Origin: Diplonema japonicum
Taxonomy: Eukaryota > Protista > Euglenozoa: Diplonemea
Length of the DNA: 64,000 nt
Assembly: GCA_964019335.1 (NCBI GenBank)
Contig: OZ025663.1
Location: 62,001-126,000, forward strand
Direction of reading: 5' to 3'
Shown here piece by piece: positions 44,676 through 55,560 of this stretch. Positions within the stretch are counted from its first letter, which is position 1; each line of letters begins with the position of its first letter. The translations under genes were made by a program, and so were the position numbers. Below the pieces are notes generated by a model. The model searched no databases. It was not told where the DNA came from and saw only the letters and a list, made by a program, of their open reading frames with translations.

Positions 44676-44714
<39 letters not shown>

Positions 44715-44963
44715 TATCACAAAGTGCTGAACGCTTGGTTCCAAAGAAAAGAAAAGCCAGTTGAGACAACAGAAGACTTCGAGAGGGGCACTTATGTCTT
44801 TTTTGACTACATCCGTAACTGGAGACAAGAGGTCAAAGAGGACTTCAAATTTGAGTACTGCAGTTTGGAAGACGAGCTTCAAACACCCCCCCCAACCACC
44901 AGAAAACCAAAACAAGATACCGCTGCTAAGCCCCCCCAAATGCCCGTGCCAACGCAACAGTGA
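44109..44963 (+). CDS. NOT2/NOT3/NOT5 family (CCR4-NOT) protein, 2 exons
   Basis: [56 protein letters not shown]. The NOT box is restored by removing the in-frame 75-nt intron 44639-44713. Confidence 0.9.
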
Positions 44964-45568
44964 ACAAATTACTTTTTTTTCCCCCCCTTTGAAAGTGTGT
45001 ATTTTCTTTTCAAAAAAAAGAAGGGTGAGGGGGAAGGGGAGGAAGGACAAAAAAAAAAAAAAAAAAACATAAATAGAAGAGGAGAAAAGAGGTAGTTCAT
45101 AGAATAGTCAGGAACAGTTACAAAAAGGGCGAACGGAAAAAAAAAAAAAAAAAAGGTTGCCTCGGAAAGGGAGAGAGCTTGGGAAAAAGGTCAAGCGCAA
45201 ATGCCTTGTATCGAGTACTGACATTCCCTTAGAAAGCTCTCTCCTAGCAGGACCTTTCCTTTTTGTTTTTCGGCTTTCTTGTTCCTGCCACTCTTCATCC
45301 CACTTTTCCCCCCTTCCCCCCGTTTTCTTTTTTTTTTTGTTTTTTTTTTGTAGGCTATACTCTTTTTTTTTTCTTCTTTTTCTCTCCCTTTTTTTTCTTC
45401 TTTTTTCCTTTCTTAAATACGCAGAAAAAGAAAACCCACCCCCCCTTTTTTTTGTTTTCCCTCCTTTTTTGTTTTTATATAAAAAAGATTCTAAAACGAA
45501 AACAAAAAATAAATAAATAAAAACAAGGGGAGGAGGTGTTCTTCTTATTATTGACTAAAAAAGAAGAA

Positions 45569-46273
45569 ATGCGCCAAGCAGTGGATGCGGAAGAACAAGT
45601 ACCGGTTGTAGGAGGTAAAGAATGGGGAGGCAGGGGGAGTGCTGTGACCGTGGATGACTTAGAGAGGGTAAGCAAGCAGATCAAAGCTGAGGATCTACTG
45701 GGGGTGGACATGGAAGATATAGAACAAGTAAGTAGTGTAGAACTGGCAACAGCCATGAGCTCCATGACTCCTGACCGATTGAGGGAAATATTTAGTTTGT
45801 TCGAGCAAAACCCGAAGCTCTTAGCAGAGGTGGTCCAAAGCGCCACCTCGCAACACATCACAGAGGCAGCCGCCTGCCTGACTCCCGAGCTGCGTGAAAT
45901 GGGGACTTCATTCTGGTCCTCTGCCCCGTACATGGTCACATCTGTGTACCCATTTGAAAAGGACGCCAGTCTAGCAACCCATGTTACCATGGAAAAGGCT
46001 AGTGTTGAAATCCGTGCTACTTTAGAGGCACGCAGGGCTTTGCGGGCATCGCCTGCCAAACACAGTCCGCCTGCCCGACAGCCTGTTAGACCACGTAATG
46101 AGCCCAGCACCCTGACCCCCCTCGAGCTCAAGCAACAACGCCTCCTCCAGCACCAAAAGGAAAACCGGAACCAAGGCCAGTTCTTCTCCTTCGGGGTGCA
46201 AAGCATCCCCGACATGATGTCTCTGCCATCGCTGCCTTCCCTCCCCGGCGAGGATGACCAGCTAGACGATTAG
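45569..46273 (+). CDS. Hypothetical protein
   Basis: ~234-aa ATG-initiated ORF of coding composition on the cluster strand. Confidence 0.7.
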   Translation: MRQAVDAEEQVPVVGGKEWGGRGSAVTVDDLERVSKQIKAEDLLGVDMEDIEQVSSVELATAMSSMTPDRLREIFSLFEQNPKLLAEVVQSATSQHITEAAACLTPELREMGTSFWSSAPYMVTSVYPFEKDASLATHVTMEKASVEIRATLEARRALRASPAKHSPPARQPVRPRNEPSTLTPLELKQQRLLQHQKENRNQGQFFSFGVQSIPDMMSLPSLPSLPGEDDQLDD

Positions 46274-46368
46274 ATTTCTGTTGATATTATTATGTTTTCT
46301 TTTTCTCTTTTTGTTGTTCGTTTATTATTATTATTGACCGAGCAACGAACACCCTGCACAACAGGACA

Positions 46369-46461
46369 ATGCGTAAGGAACACCCCGACATCGAGCTCCT
46401 CAACCCGGAGGAGGTATCGCAAGAGATGGAAGAAGAAGACGAAGAAGAGATGATAGAAGAA

Positions 46462-46493
<32 letters not shown>

Positions 46494-47058
46494 AGGCGAT
46501 GACAAAGGCGAGGGCGAAGACGAAGACGAAGCAGTGGAAGAGAAAGCAGAAAAGAAATCGAAGAAAGAAAAGGAGCACGTGCGGAACTCGAAGGGTGTGG
46601 TTTACCTCTCGAGGATCCCCTTTGGGATGAACCCTGTAGTGCTGCGCAACTTCTTCACGGAGATTGGGACAGTAGGGAGGATGTACCTGAAGCCCAAAGA
46701 ACTGAAGGGAAAGAACAAGAAGAGAGCGCGTAGGCTGTACAGCGAAGGGTGGGTCGAGTTCAAGCACAAGAGGAGCGCAAAACAAACAGCCCTTATGAAC
46801 TGCACACCTGTAGGCGGCACACGAAAAAGCACCTTCGCCCACGAACTGTGGAACATTAAATATCTGTCGGGCTTCACGTGGGAGGACCTGCAAAGCGAAC
46901 AAATCATCAAGAAGGAATACATGAAGAGGGAAGTGACACGGATACAGAAGGAAGGTTTGAAAGAAGCAGAGAGCTACAGGAAGAACCTGCAAGACAGAAA
47001 GCGGAAACGAACATACACCCCCAAGGGCCCCGTGAGGAGGAGCTACGTACAAGTTTGA
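46369..47058 (+). CDS. ESF2: Pre-rRNA processing protein ESF2/ABT1
   Basis: GVVYLSRIP, YSEGWVEF, MNCTPVGG, ELWNIKYLSGFTWEDL; acidic N-terminus. Confidence 0.92.
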
Positions 47059-47198
47059 GAAGAGGGGGGGGGGAGGGGGGAGGGGAGGGGGATCAAGAAA
47101 GAAAAAAGAAATATAATACGCTTATCAGTATCATTTAGCCTTCCTTGTCATTGCTATGCTTAAGAAACCGTCAGGGTCGGGAGTCGGGGTGGGCACAC

Positions 47199-48398
47199 AT
47201 GGCTACAAGGTCTGCGATAGAGGACAGTGTCGAAAGCACATATGAGTCCCCACCGATGGGCCCCTGCCCTACTTGGCGGCAGCACGTGGAGACAAGCAAC
47301 CCAAAGCTGTACGAGGAACCAGAGGGCGACATCTCGTCAAGTGAACCCCCTTCACCCCCCATGTCCTCCACTTCTTCAACGCCGCCAGACGGCCCGCCCC
47401 CTGCGCACACAGGCATGTACGTGACAGTGCACGATCTGGATGCCATGAGCACAGCCACCAGCATCACCAAGCAGGACGACGACAACATACGTGACATCTT
47501 CTACGGGCACGAGACCATGGAGCGCCAGCATGTCCTCATCGAGGAGCTCGAAGCGAGGCTCGGCATTCCTTACAACACCAACGTGCTGTTCACCGTCAGC
47601 GCCGACGAGTACAAAAGCAAAGCGGAAAACAGCGAAACACAAACTGTCGAAGAAGAAGCCGAAGTCCCTTCCAGCGACCCTGCCGCCTTCCTTCTCAAAG
47701 AAGAGCGGCGTGCACGGAGGCTTCTAGTCGAAGATCAAGCCTCCTCGTACTGCACACTGTACCAGGTTGCCCTGAGGTGGGCGTGGATGCTTGGCTCGCG
47801 ACCAACGCACCGTTCACCACCAATGCAGTCCATCAGCCCACCCCGTTCACCATCGCAGGCCTCGTCTCCTTCATGCGGGGGGAGGTTCCACATGAGCAAA
47901 GCAATGTGCCACATGCCGTATGGCGAAATAAGCCATCGCGGATGGGTGCACATCGCAAGGGGCGGCACGCAAGAGTCTGTCTGGGTCAAAAGGTACCTTG
48001 CGCTCCATAAGGGGGTCTTGTACAGCGGCTTGCGAGAGGACGACCCGTACCCAAAGATAATCTTCCGTTGTTCCGCCCTGCGGAGTGTCGAGAATGATGA
48101 TCGGGGGAAAGTGCTGTTCGCCGCGCACAACGGGCCGCCTGGGTGTTCACGGTCTTACGGCTTCCTTGCCGTCCTCCCCCCCATGGAGGTGTCTCCCATG
48201 CGGTCCCGCACAAGGTCCCGCGGTCGCTCGCCTTCGCCTTCGCCTTCACCTTCTTACTCCCCTTCTCCCTCTCACACCCCCCAGAACACTGTCCTGCGGT
48301 TCTCTGTGCGCACTGCAGCAAACCGCTCTGCATGGATGGCCGCTATGAGGGACGGAATGGAGGGCATGTCCCTGCCACGCAGGAGCGTGGCCCTGTAA
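47199..48398 (+). CDS. Protein with C-terminal PH-like domain
   Basis: HRGWVHI..WVKRYLALHKGVLY..LRFSVRTAANRSAWMAAMR; SP-rich inserts. Confidence 0.75.
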   Translation: MATRSAIEDSVESTYESPPMGPCPTWRQHVETSNPKLYEEPEGDISSSEPPSPPMSSTSSTPPDGPPPAHTGMYVTVHDLDAMSTATSITKQDDDNIRDIFYGHETMERQHVLIEELEARLGIPYNTNVLFTVSADEYKSKAENSETQTVEEEAEVPSSDPAAFLLKEERRARRLLVEDQASSYCTLYQVALRWAWMLGSRPTHRSPPMQSISPPRSPSQASSPSCGGRFHMSKAMCHMPYGEISHRGWVHIARGGTQESVWVKRYLALHKGVLYSGLREDDPYPKIIFRCSALRSVENDDRGKVLFAAHNGPPGCSRSYGFLAVLPPMEVSPMRSRTRSRGRSPSPSPSPSYSPSPSHTPQNTVLRFSVRTAANRSAWMAAMRDGMEGMSLPRRSVAL

Positions 48399-48502
48399 CT
48401 GTACCTTGTACCATTGTTTACCTTTCTCATACTGTGTCCATAGTTATCTTCTAGCTGCATTATTCTTTCTCTTCTTCTTATCGCCATGCAGACATCCACA
48501 AC

Positions 48503-49402
48503 ATGAGCGTGGTCTCCAAGGCAATCGATGCAGGGGTAAGTGCCGCGCAGAAGGAAGTTAAGAAACAAGCCGTAGAGGCTGTGATGAAAGACCCGGCTAG
48601 AGCACTGCAGGTGGCAGGCGCGGTTGCAGGGTCAGGTCAGCAACAGCAGCAAGGGTCGGGTGGCTTCATGACTGGTATCGTGCAGGGGGTAGTGGGCCAA
48701 CAAAATGACCAGTCGAGAAGCCAGCCAAGCCAGCCCCAGTACGGGCAGGCACAATATGGGCAACCACAGTACCAACAGCAACAGCAACAGCAACAGCAGC
48801 AGTCGACAGGTCCATCACTAGGAACTGTAGTGGCGGTGGCTGGTGCTGCAGTGACTGCTGGTAAGCTAGTCAAAGGTGCACTGGATAGCACAAGTGGAGC
48901 GCAACAGCAGCAGCAGCAGCGGGCAGTGCCACAACAGCAATGGCAGCAACCGCAGGACAAGCCATCCGGCGGGTTTATCTCAGGCCTCGTTAAGGGCGTC
49001 ACTGAGACACAGCAGGTGCAGCAGCAGCCATATGCTCAACAACCACAACAGCCCCAGCAGCAGCAGAAGGAAAGCTCCCTGGGTGCAACGGCAGTGAGCA
49101 CAGCAGCAACGGTGGCAATGGGTACGGGACGGTTCATGAAGGGGGTGCTCGCCAAGAGGGCAGCAGCACAACAAGAGAAGAGTGTTAATTCCACGCAGCC
49201 ACAGCCCGTACAGCAGCAGCCACAACCTGCGCAGCAGCAAGGCAGCTTGTCTGCTGTTATGTCAGGTGTCTCAGGCTTTGTGGGGGGCGTCGCTAAAGGG
49301 ATGAACGCAACATCACAACCTGCAAGCACTACCTGCAGCAGCTGCACGTACGTCAGCCAAGCGGGACGGACAGGGTGCGAGATGTGCGGCAAGCCCTTCT
49401 AA
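48503..49402 (+). CDS. Gln-rich low-complexity protein with C-terminal RanBP2-type Zn finger
   Basis: Poly-Q tracts alternate with G(F/L)xxG(V/L)VKG amphipathic repeats; ends CSSCTYVS..CEMCGKPF. Confidence 0.8.
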   Translation: MSVVSKAIDAGVSAAQKEVKKQAVEAVMKDPARALQVAGAVAGSGQQQQQGSGGFMTGIVQGVVGQQNDQSRSQPSQPQYGQAQYGQPQYQQQQQQQQQQSTGPSLGTVVAVAGAAVTAGKLVKGALDSTSGAQQQQQQRAVPQQQWQQPQDKPSGGFISGLVKGVTETQQVQQQPYAQQPQQPQQQQKESSLGATAVSTAATVAMGTGRFMKGVLAKRAAAQQEKSVNSTQPQPVQQQPQPAQQQGSLSAVMSGVSGFVGGVAKGMNATSQPASTTCSSCTYVSQAGRTGCEMCGKPF

Positions 49403-49529
49403 CCCATACTTGCCTTTGATTCCATGCGAACACAGTTGTTCACTCTTTTGTTCTTTATAAACCAGCTGACCACACCACAGGCCTTCACCAGAAAGATGCG
49501 AGCAGAACCGGTGGTGGAAACATAGTAGC

Positions 49530-51039
49530 ATGGAGAGGGGCTTGCGAGTGCCGTTGTTGACCGAGGATGACGACAGGTGTCTGTCGATGCACGAGCCGGG
49601 GACCATGAGTGGGAAGGGGAGTACGATCTATACACTGCCTTTAGGTGGGCTGTGGTGTGATGAGTGCGACACACCAGCGCACGGGCTGGAGCGGCATTTG
49701 AAGGAAGCTGTGCAATCGGCAGAAGTGCTGATCAAAAAACTAAGGGAGATGGTGAAGATATGGAGACTGGAGGGCGTCGAGTGGAACAAGCTATGGTGCT
49801 TTGGGTGCGGAAAGCCTGCACACGGGCTGTCTAGAAACCTTCAAAAGAAACTTGAGCTTCATAAAGATGCAATTAAGACGTTTGCGAAGGATGTGGACCG
49901 CCCAAGGGCGCCGATCGCCATGATCCGTCAGGTAGGGGTTGTGCAACAAACGCACAAGGCCGTAGCTCTGTTCAAGGCAGGCTTAGAACGCTCAAGGTCT
50001 GAGTCTCCGAAGGCCAAGGAGAAGGACACGAACACTCCGTGTGTGATTGAAGTATCTGCTTTGCAACAGGATCCTCACGTGAGCCCTCTGGGGAACTCTC
50101 AACTGCATGCACCTCCTGCAAACCACTTCCAACCCCCAAAATTAGTATCGAGCCAACACAAAAACAACCTCAAAAACATAATGGTCCATCAGGACCTTTT
50201 CTATCCTCCTCCCGTGCTCCAACCTACCTCCCCCCTCCAAAACATCTCTAAGCCTTTGCCTGTCTCCTCTTCTCCCCTTAAGAACATTTCTAAGCCTCTG
50301 CCTGCCCCCACTGGAAGCATGCTAATGGCATCACCGAATAACCTGCGGAAAACTTCTCTGGTATGGTGTAAATAAATGGCAATGGGTGATAGGGAAAAAA
50401 AAAATAAGTTTATATATCTACTTAGGGCGTGGCTCCTCTGTTCGTGTCTCCTACCTCTTCGAGAGCTTCTTCCAGCCCCCTGGCTGCTAAGTCACAGGTG
50501 TGTGTGTTTTTTTTCCCCCCCCTTTCTTTCCCTTGTCCTCGGGGGGGGGGGGGGGGGGGGTACCGGTCTGCTTTTCGGAGAATTCGATCCCGCGTGAGAA
50601 GTTATCTGTTTTTTTTTTGGGGGGGGAGTTTTTCTTTTCTCAGTTTTCAACAGCTCACAGAGAAAGAAAAACTGAGCCCTTGGATCGAATTTCCTGGAAA
50701 CGGGCCTGGGTGTCCCTACCCCCTTCCCCTTACTCATCCTTTTTCCTTTAAAATAAAAAGGGCGATCGAGTGAGCCCTCCGCACACCGCGTGCCCGTTGC
50801 GGAGCGAGCCGATTACTTTCGAAGTCTGATAAAGCAAAAAAGAAAAAAAAAAGAGAAAAAAAAATGGGAAATCAAAAAAAAAAAGTTGTTCTTTACTCAC
50901 AATTCCCCCCCCCCCCTCACAGGTTAAGGCACCTTTTCTCTACCCTAGTGGGTGGGTGCAGGTTAGTGCTACGCCAACGGCTGCAGGGGTGCCACGGCCA
51001 CAACCTCAACAAAGGTCTCCTTTTGGGGGCGCATTATGA
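49530..51039 (+). CDS. Hypothetical protein with duplicated LWCxxCxxPAHGL motif, probably 3 exons
   Basis: The ORF ends at a GTATGG donor. Introns 50361-50425 (65 nt) and 50498-50922 (425 nt) add in-frame Ser/Pro-rich exons ending PFGGAL*. Confidence 0.7.
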
Positions 51040-51668
51040 GGGGTGGAACACAAAGGGGCAGAGACAAATGAGGGGGAAAAAAAATGTTGTATTTTCTTTT
51101 TTTTCTTTCTTTTTTTTTTTTAAAGAGACCGGTAGCTTCTGGTTTGCCTAGTAATACACACCCTTCACCCCCCCCCCCCTTCCTTTCCTGGTTACTTTTT
51201 TGTATTCTTGCATCACCTTTCTTTAAAGAGGGTTTAGGAATCCCTTCAGGTGGTCCATAGGTGGCACTTATATGTCGTCGTCGTTGAAGTTTTTTACCCC
51301 TCCTTTTTTTTTATGTATCAGTCAATGTGAATAAAGGCAAAGGTAAGGGCGGGTAGAAGAATTTAAAAAAAAAAAGAAAAAAAAAAGAGGAGAAGGGTTT
51401 GGCTTTAAAATGTAGGTTGGAAAAAAAAAAGAAGAAAATATATCTCAGATGTAATGACACAACAGTCTTCTGAAGCTGGCACCCCCCCCCCCCCCCCCCC
51501 CCCCCCTTTGGCACGCCACGCTTAGCACGAATCGCTTCTGAAATGGAGAAAGAAGAAAGAAAAATTCCGCCGCCCTTGCCTTTTTTGTCCTCCCCATTCC
51601 TCCAAGCCCCATGTATTTAAGAAGTTTTTTTTTGTTTCCGTATCAAATGAGAAAAAAAAAAATAAAGC

Positions 51669-51702
<34 letters not shown>

Positions 51703-51934
51703 CTTCTCGCCCATCCATCCCACTGGTTCTTTATAAAAAGAGTTGCGCAATTAAAAAAAAGAAATTCAGAAATTAATAGAAGCAGGGGTCTACTGGCCTG
51801 CAGGGAAGCAAATAGTGGAATAACTGCTCTGGCTTGGTTTTGAGTCTTTTTTTTTTTCCCCCTTCTTTTTCTTTTCTTTTTATATATACCCCTAAGCAAC
51901 TGTGCCACATTATTTCACATTCGCGGTAGTTATT

Positions 51935-52350
51935 AATAACTATTTATTTAGTGAAAATAAGATCGTGATTTTCACGCGTGGTGGCAGTGATTTAACAAGT
52001 GGGTATATGACTTCACGAGCGAAGCGAGTGAAGTAACATCAACGAGTTAAACATGCCACCACAAGTGAAAATCGGATCTATTTTCACTAAATCCGTTGTT
52101 TTATTTAACATCAGTCATTACAAGTTACAAGTTACAAATTTTACTGGGGGTGCTTATGGTTGATATTGATTGTTAAGGCATATCCTGTGTGGTGCGGGCT
52201 GTGCGTCCATGAGTGCTGACAGGACCTCGGTCTGGACCTGTGGGGCTGCTGCCTGGGTTGCCGAGGTTGCCCCACCAAACAAGCCTGAAATCTGCCGTGA
52301 AAATAAAGTGAAGCGTGAAATAATATGAAGTATTATATTCACTCTCACCC
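51935..52350. mobile_element. Hairpin-headed non-autonomous repeat, copy 1
   Basis: ~145-nt imperfect palindrome at 51946-52092 with GCGAAGC at its apex; ~340 bp is shared in direct orientation with 53948-54252. Confidence 0.75.
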
Positions 52351-52651
52351 TTGAAAATCTGACTGGAGTTGTGTAAAAAAAAATAAAAAAAATGTCGAAA
52401 GGGAAGAAGAAGAAAAAAGAAAGGAATTAAAAAAAAAAAAAGAGAAATATCTAAGAAGCTTTTTAAAAAAATGCGATAAAAAAAAGATCTAAACCCCCCC
52501 CCTCCCCCATGCATTGGGAGGTGTTTGTGTTGTGACTCCCGCCCCCCCCTCCTCCTTACTAGTTCGCTCCCACCCCCTTCGGGTTTTTATATTTTCTTTT
52601 ATTACAACCCACCCTCCGTGTACACAAAAGGCGGCTCGACAAATATAAAAC

Positions 52652-53737
52652 ATGTCAACGCTATGGGGCGAAGTGGACGATCTCCCCCCACCATGTTCAA
52701 GCGATGCTGGAAAGCCTGAAGAGTTTGAAGGGCTTCCCAAACCTGTTAAAAAGAAAGGCGCGTCCGGTTTGGTACAAAACTTCATGGAGAGCACGGCCTT
52801 GGTCCCAGGGGCGGTGGTGAAGGTCAACAAAACAGGCGAATCGGGAATCGCGCTAGAAGTCTTCAGCACTTACGTAAAACTCACCAACGGCGAGGCCCAT
52901 TCACGACACGGTGTCAAGGTTTTATGCGGGAATTTACTACGCCCCTTCGAACCATCTCAGTTTAAAAAGGACCTCGTCATTGCGGAAGAGGTAATCCGCA
53001 AACTGCGAACGGACGCAGGGCACGTTGTCATCGATAACTTACTTGACAAACGGGATCGAATCGCATGTTCAAAACAAGCATGGGAGCTCACTATGTGTGA
53101 CGAAATGTACACAGCAGGAACGGGAACAGGCACTGCCCACAAACGTGATGGCAGGCTAAGGGGCGACACCATGATGTGGCTTCCAAAAGACGGCTCGCTT
53201 CCCCCTTCAATGCAATACGTAGTGGACAAGGTGAACAGGTTACGACGCGCACTGTCATACTTACTTAAAGTCCCTTTGACAAAACATTCCGTGCAGTTAT
53301 GCAGATACCCTGGTGAGGGTGTTGGGTACGTAAAACACAGAGATGTGAAGCTCAACGCACCGGAAGAAAATAAACGTAGATTAACCTGTGTGTATTACTG
53401 CAACGAGGATTGGGAGGAGAGTCATGGTGGGTGTTTGGAGCTTTACCCTGCTAGCAGGATGTCGCAATATGTGGAGCGCAAGTCTGATGCGCAGGAGGTT
53501 CTCAAAAACAAGCAGGTTAAAAAGCATGCGTTGCCCGTACCTGTGCGGCCTTCCTCAGGGACACTTGCTATATTCCATTCTTCCATGCTGCACTCGGTGT
53601 TGCCCGACTATAAAGCTAGGGTTGCCATGACCATCTGGATGAGCGGGCCTGAATCACTTGGCATGAAGCACAGCAGCAGCGACTGTGATATCGATGCTGC
53701 TTACGCCGGTGATGAGAGCATTTACCCTTCGAGGTGA
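52652..53737 (+). CDS. EGLN/PHD-like prolyl 4-hydroxylase (2OG-Fe(II) oxygenase)
   Basis: LRGDTMMWL, YPGEGVGYVKHRD (HxD), RRLTCVYYCNEDW, GGCLELYP, HSVLP and RVAMTIW. Confidence 0.9.
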   Translation: MSTLWGEVDDLPPPCSSDAGKPEEFEGLPKPVKKKGASGLVQNFMESTALVPGAVVKVNKTGESGIALEVFSTYVKLTNGEAHSRHGVKVLCGNLLRPFEPSQFKKDLVIAEEVIRKLRTDAGHVVIDNLLDKRDRIACSKQAWELTMCDEMYTAGTGTGTAHKRDGRLRGDTMMWLPKDGSLPPSMQYVVDKVNRLRRALSYLLKVPLTKHSVQLCRYPGEGVGYVKHRDVKLNAPEENKRRLTCVYYCNEDWEESHGGCLELYPASRMSQYVERKSDAQEVLKNKQVKKHALPVPVRPSSGTLAIFHSSMLHSVLPDYKARVAMTIWMSGPESLGMKHSSSDCDIDAAYAGDESIYPSR

Positions 53738-53947
53738 GAATTTTTTTTTTTTAGATTTTTTTTTCTCAATTTATTAGGGGGAGGGGGGGGGGGGGGGGGG
53801 GGGGGGATGCCTCTTTTTTTTCCTTTTCTTTTTGAGAGTTTTTTTTATAAATTATAATTGCCATAATGACAAGAAAAAAAAAAAAAAAAAAGAAGAAGAA
53901 GAAATCGTTTTCCCAGCCTGCTATGTGTAGCATGTGCTATCGTGTGA

Positions 53948-54575
53948 AATAACTATTTATTTAGTGATAAGATCGCGTGGTGGCAGTGATTTAACAAGTG
54001 GGTATAAGTAACATCAACGAGTTAGACATGCCACCACATGTGAAAATCGGATCTATTTTCACTAAATCCGTTGATTTATTTAACGTCAGTCAGATTTGAA
54101 AGTGTGGGGTATTACAGGTTACAAGTTACAATTTTTACGATATTGATTGTCAAGGCATATCCTGTGTGGTGCGGGCTGTGCGTCCACGGGTGCTGACAGG
54201 ACCTCGGTCTGGACCTGTGGGGCTGCTTCCTGGGTTGCTGAGGTTGCCCCACTAGCAGCTATCACCGCTGCTGGCTTGCCAAGCCCCCTCTCTCCCCTTC
54301 TGGTGAGAGGCGACCAGATCCTTGAGTGACGTAAAAAGTGAGATTCCCAGATTGAACCGGGGTTTCCAAAACAAGGGGCCTGTGTGGTTACTACTTAGGT
54401 GATTCCTTTTTCCGTGTTTGCGCCCCCGACCCCTTGCTGTGCAGTGAAAATAGGGCAAGCGTGAATATAAAGTACTTTATATTCACTCATAAAGTAATTT
54501 TCATTCCTGCACCTGAAAACAAGCGTGAAAATAAAGAATTATTATACTCACCCGGGCGTGAAATAAAGTGAAACC
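53948..54575. mobile_element. Hairpin-headed non-autonomous repeat, copy 2
   Basis: Direct repeat of copy 1 with the hairpin apex deleted and a longer internal region; GCGTGAA(A/T) motifs repeat at the right end. Confidence 0.75.
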
Positions 54576-54914
54576 TGATTTTTATTCTTCTTGCTTAAAT
54601 TCTTTAAGAGAGCTGCTCAGAATTAAATTTAAAAAAGAAGAAAAAAAAAGGAGAAGAAGAAAGAAAAGAATGAAAAGAAAAAAAAATATATACCCCTGGC
54701 CTCTTTGTTAGTTAACAGTAGCAAGGTGCTCTTTTACAATGGTTGTTCAGTTGGAGAATATACTTTTTTTTTTTTGCTTACGTACGCCAGGCGGTATTAG
54801 CTACAGTTTTTTTTTTTTTTTTTTTTTTTTTTCTCCTCCCCCTCCTCCCCCCCTTTTTTTTTGTTGAAACGCGAAAAAAAAAACCTAAACATAAGCCTTT
54901 TTATGTCATCCATA

Positions 54915-55109
54915 TACCGGATTTGTATTTATTACGTTATGTAAAAAGTCCCAAACTGGGCAAAAAAATTCGAGAAAAAAAGTACATAATTCTTACAGAG
55001 CACCACTATTAAAGAACATAAAATTTTGGCTGAAAGGCTGAATTACTGGACCATCTCACCCAAGTACATTACCCAATTTATACAGAACAAAATAAATACA
55101 AATCCGGTA
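54915..55109. mobile_element. MITE with TA target duplication (Tc1/mariner/pogo-like)
   Basis: TA+CCGGATTTGTATTTATT(54917-33) ... AATAAATACAAATCCGG(55091-107)+TA: a perfect 17-bp TIR around a 191-bp non-coding element. Confidence 0.85.
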
Positions 55110-55271
55110 GTGAAACAAATTTAAGAATTTATACAAAAGAAGAAAAAAAGAAATACCAAGAAAGTCTGATATTCTTGCCGTTTGTGGGTATTCACCCTCC
55201 CTTTTGTTTTTTTTCCCCCTTCTTTTTTTTTTAGCAGGGCGCCACCAACACTGGCCTCCTTTATCTCTTAT

Positions 55272-55307
<36 letters not shown>

Positions 55308-55560
55308 AGTTTTACCTTTTTATTATGTGCCGCGAATGAACCGAGTCCGTTTCCCCCCCCCCCCCTTCCCTTCTCGTACGTGAAAAGTTGAAGGTGGAAA
55401 AAAAAAAAGAAGAAAAAATGGATCGGTCTCACCCAACCCTTCCCTTTCCCCTCGCTGCATAGAATGTTTTTTTTTTCTTCTTTTTTTCCCCCCCTCTTTA
55501 TTTATGAAGGAACAAAAAGGAAAAAGCGGCGTTCAAAAAAAAAAAATAAAAAAAATAAAA

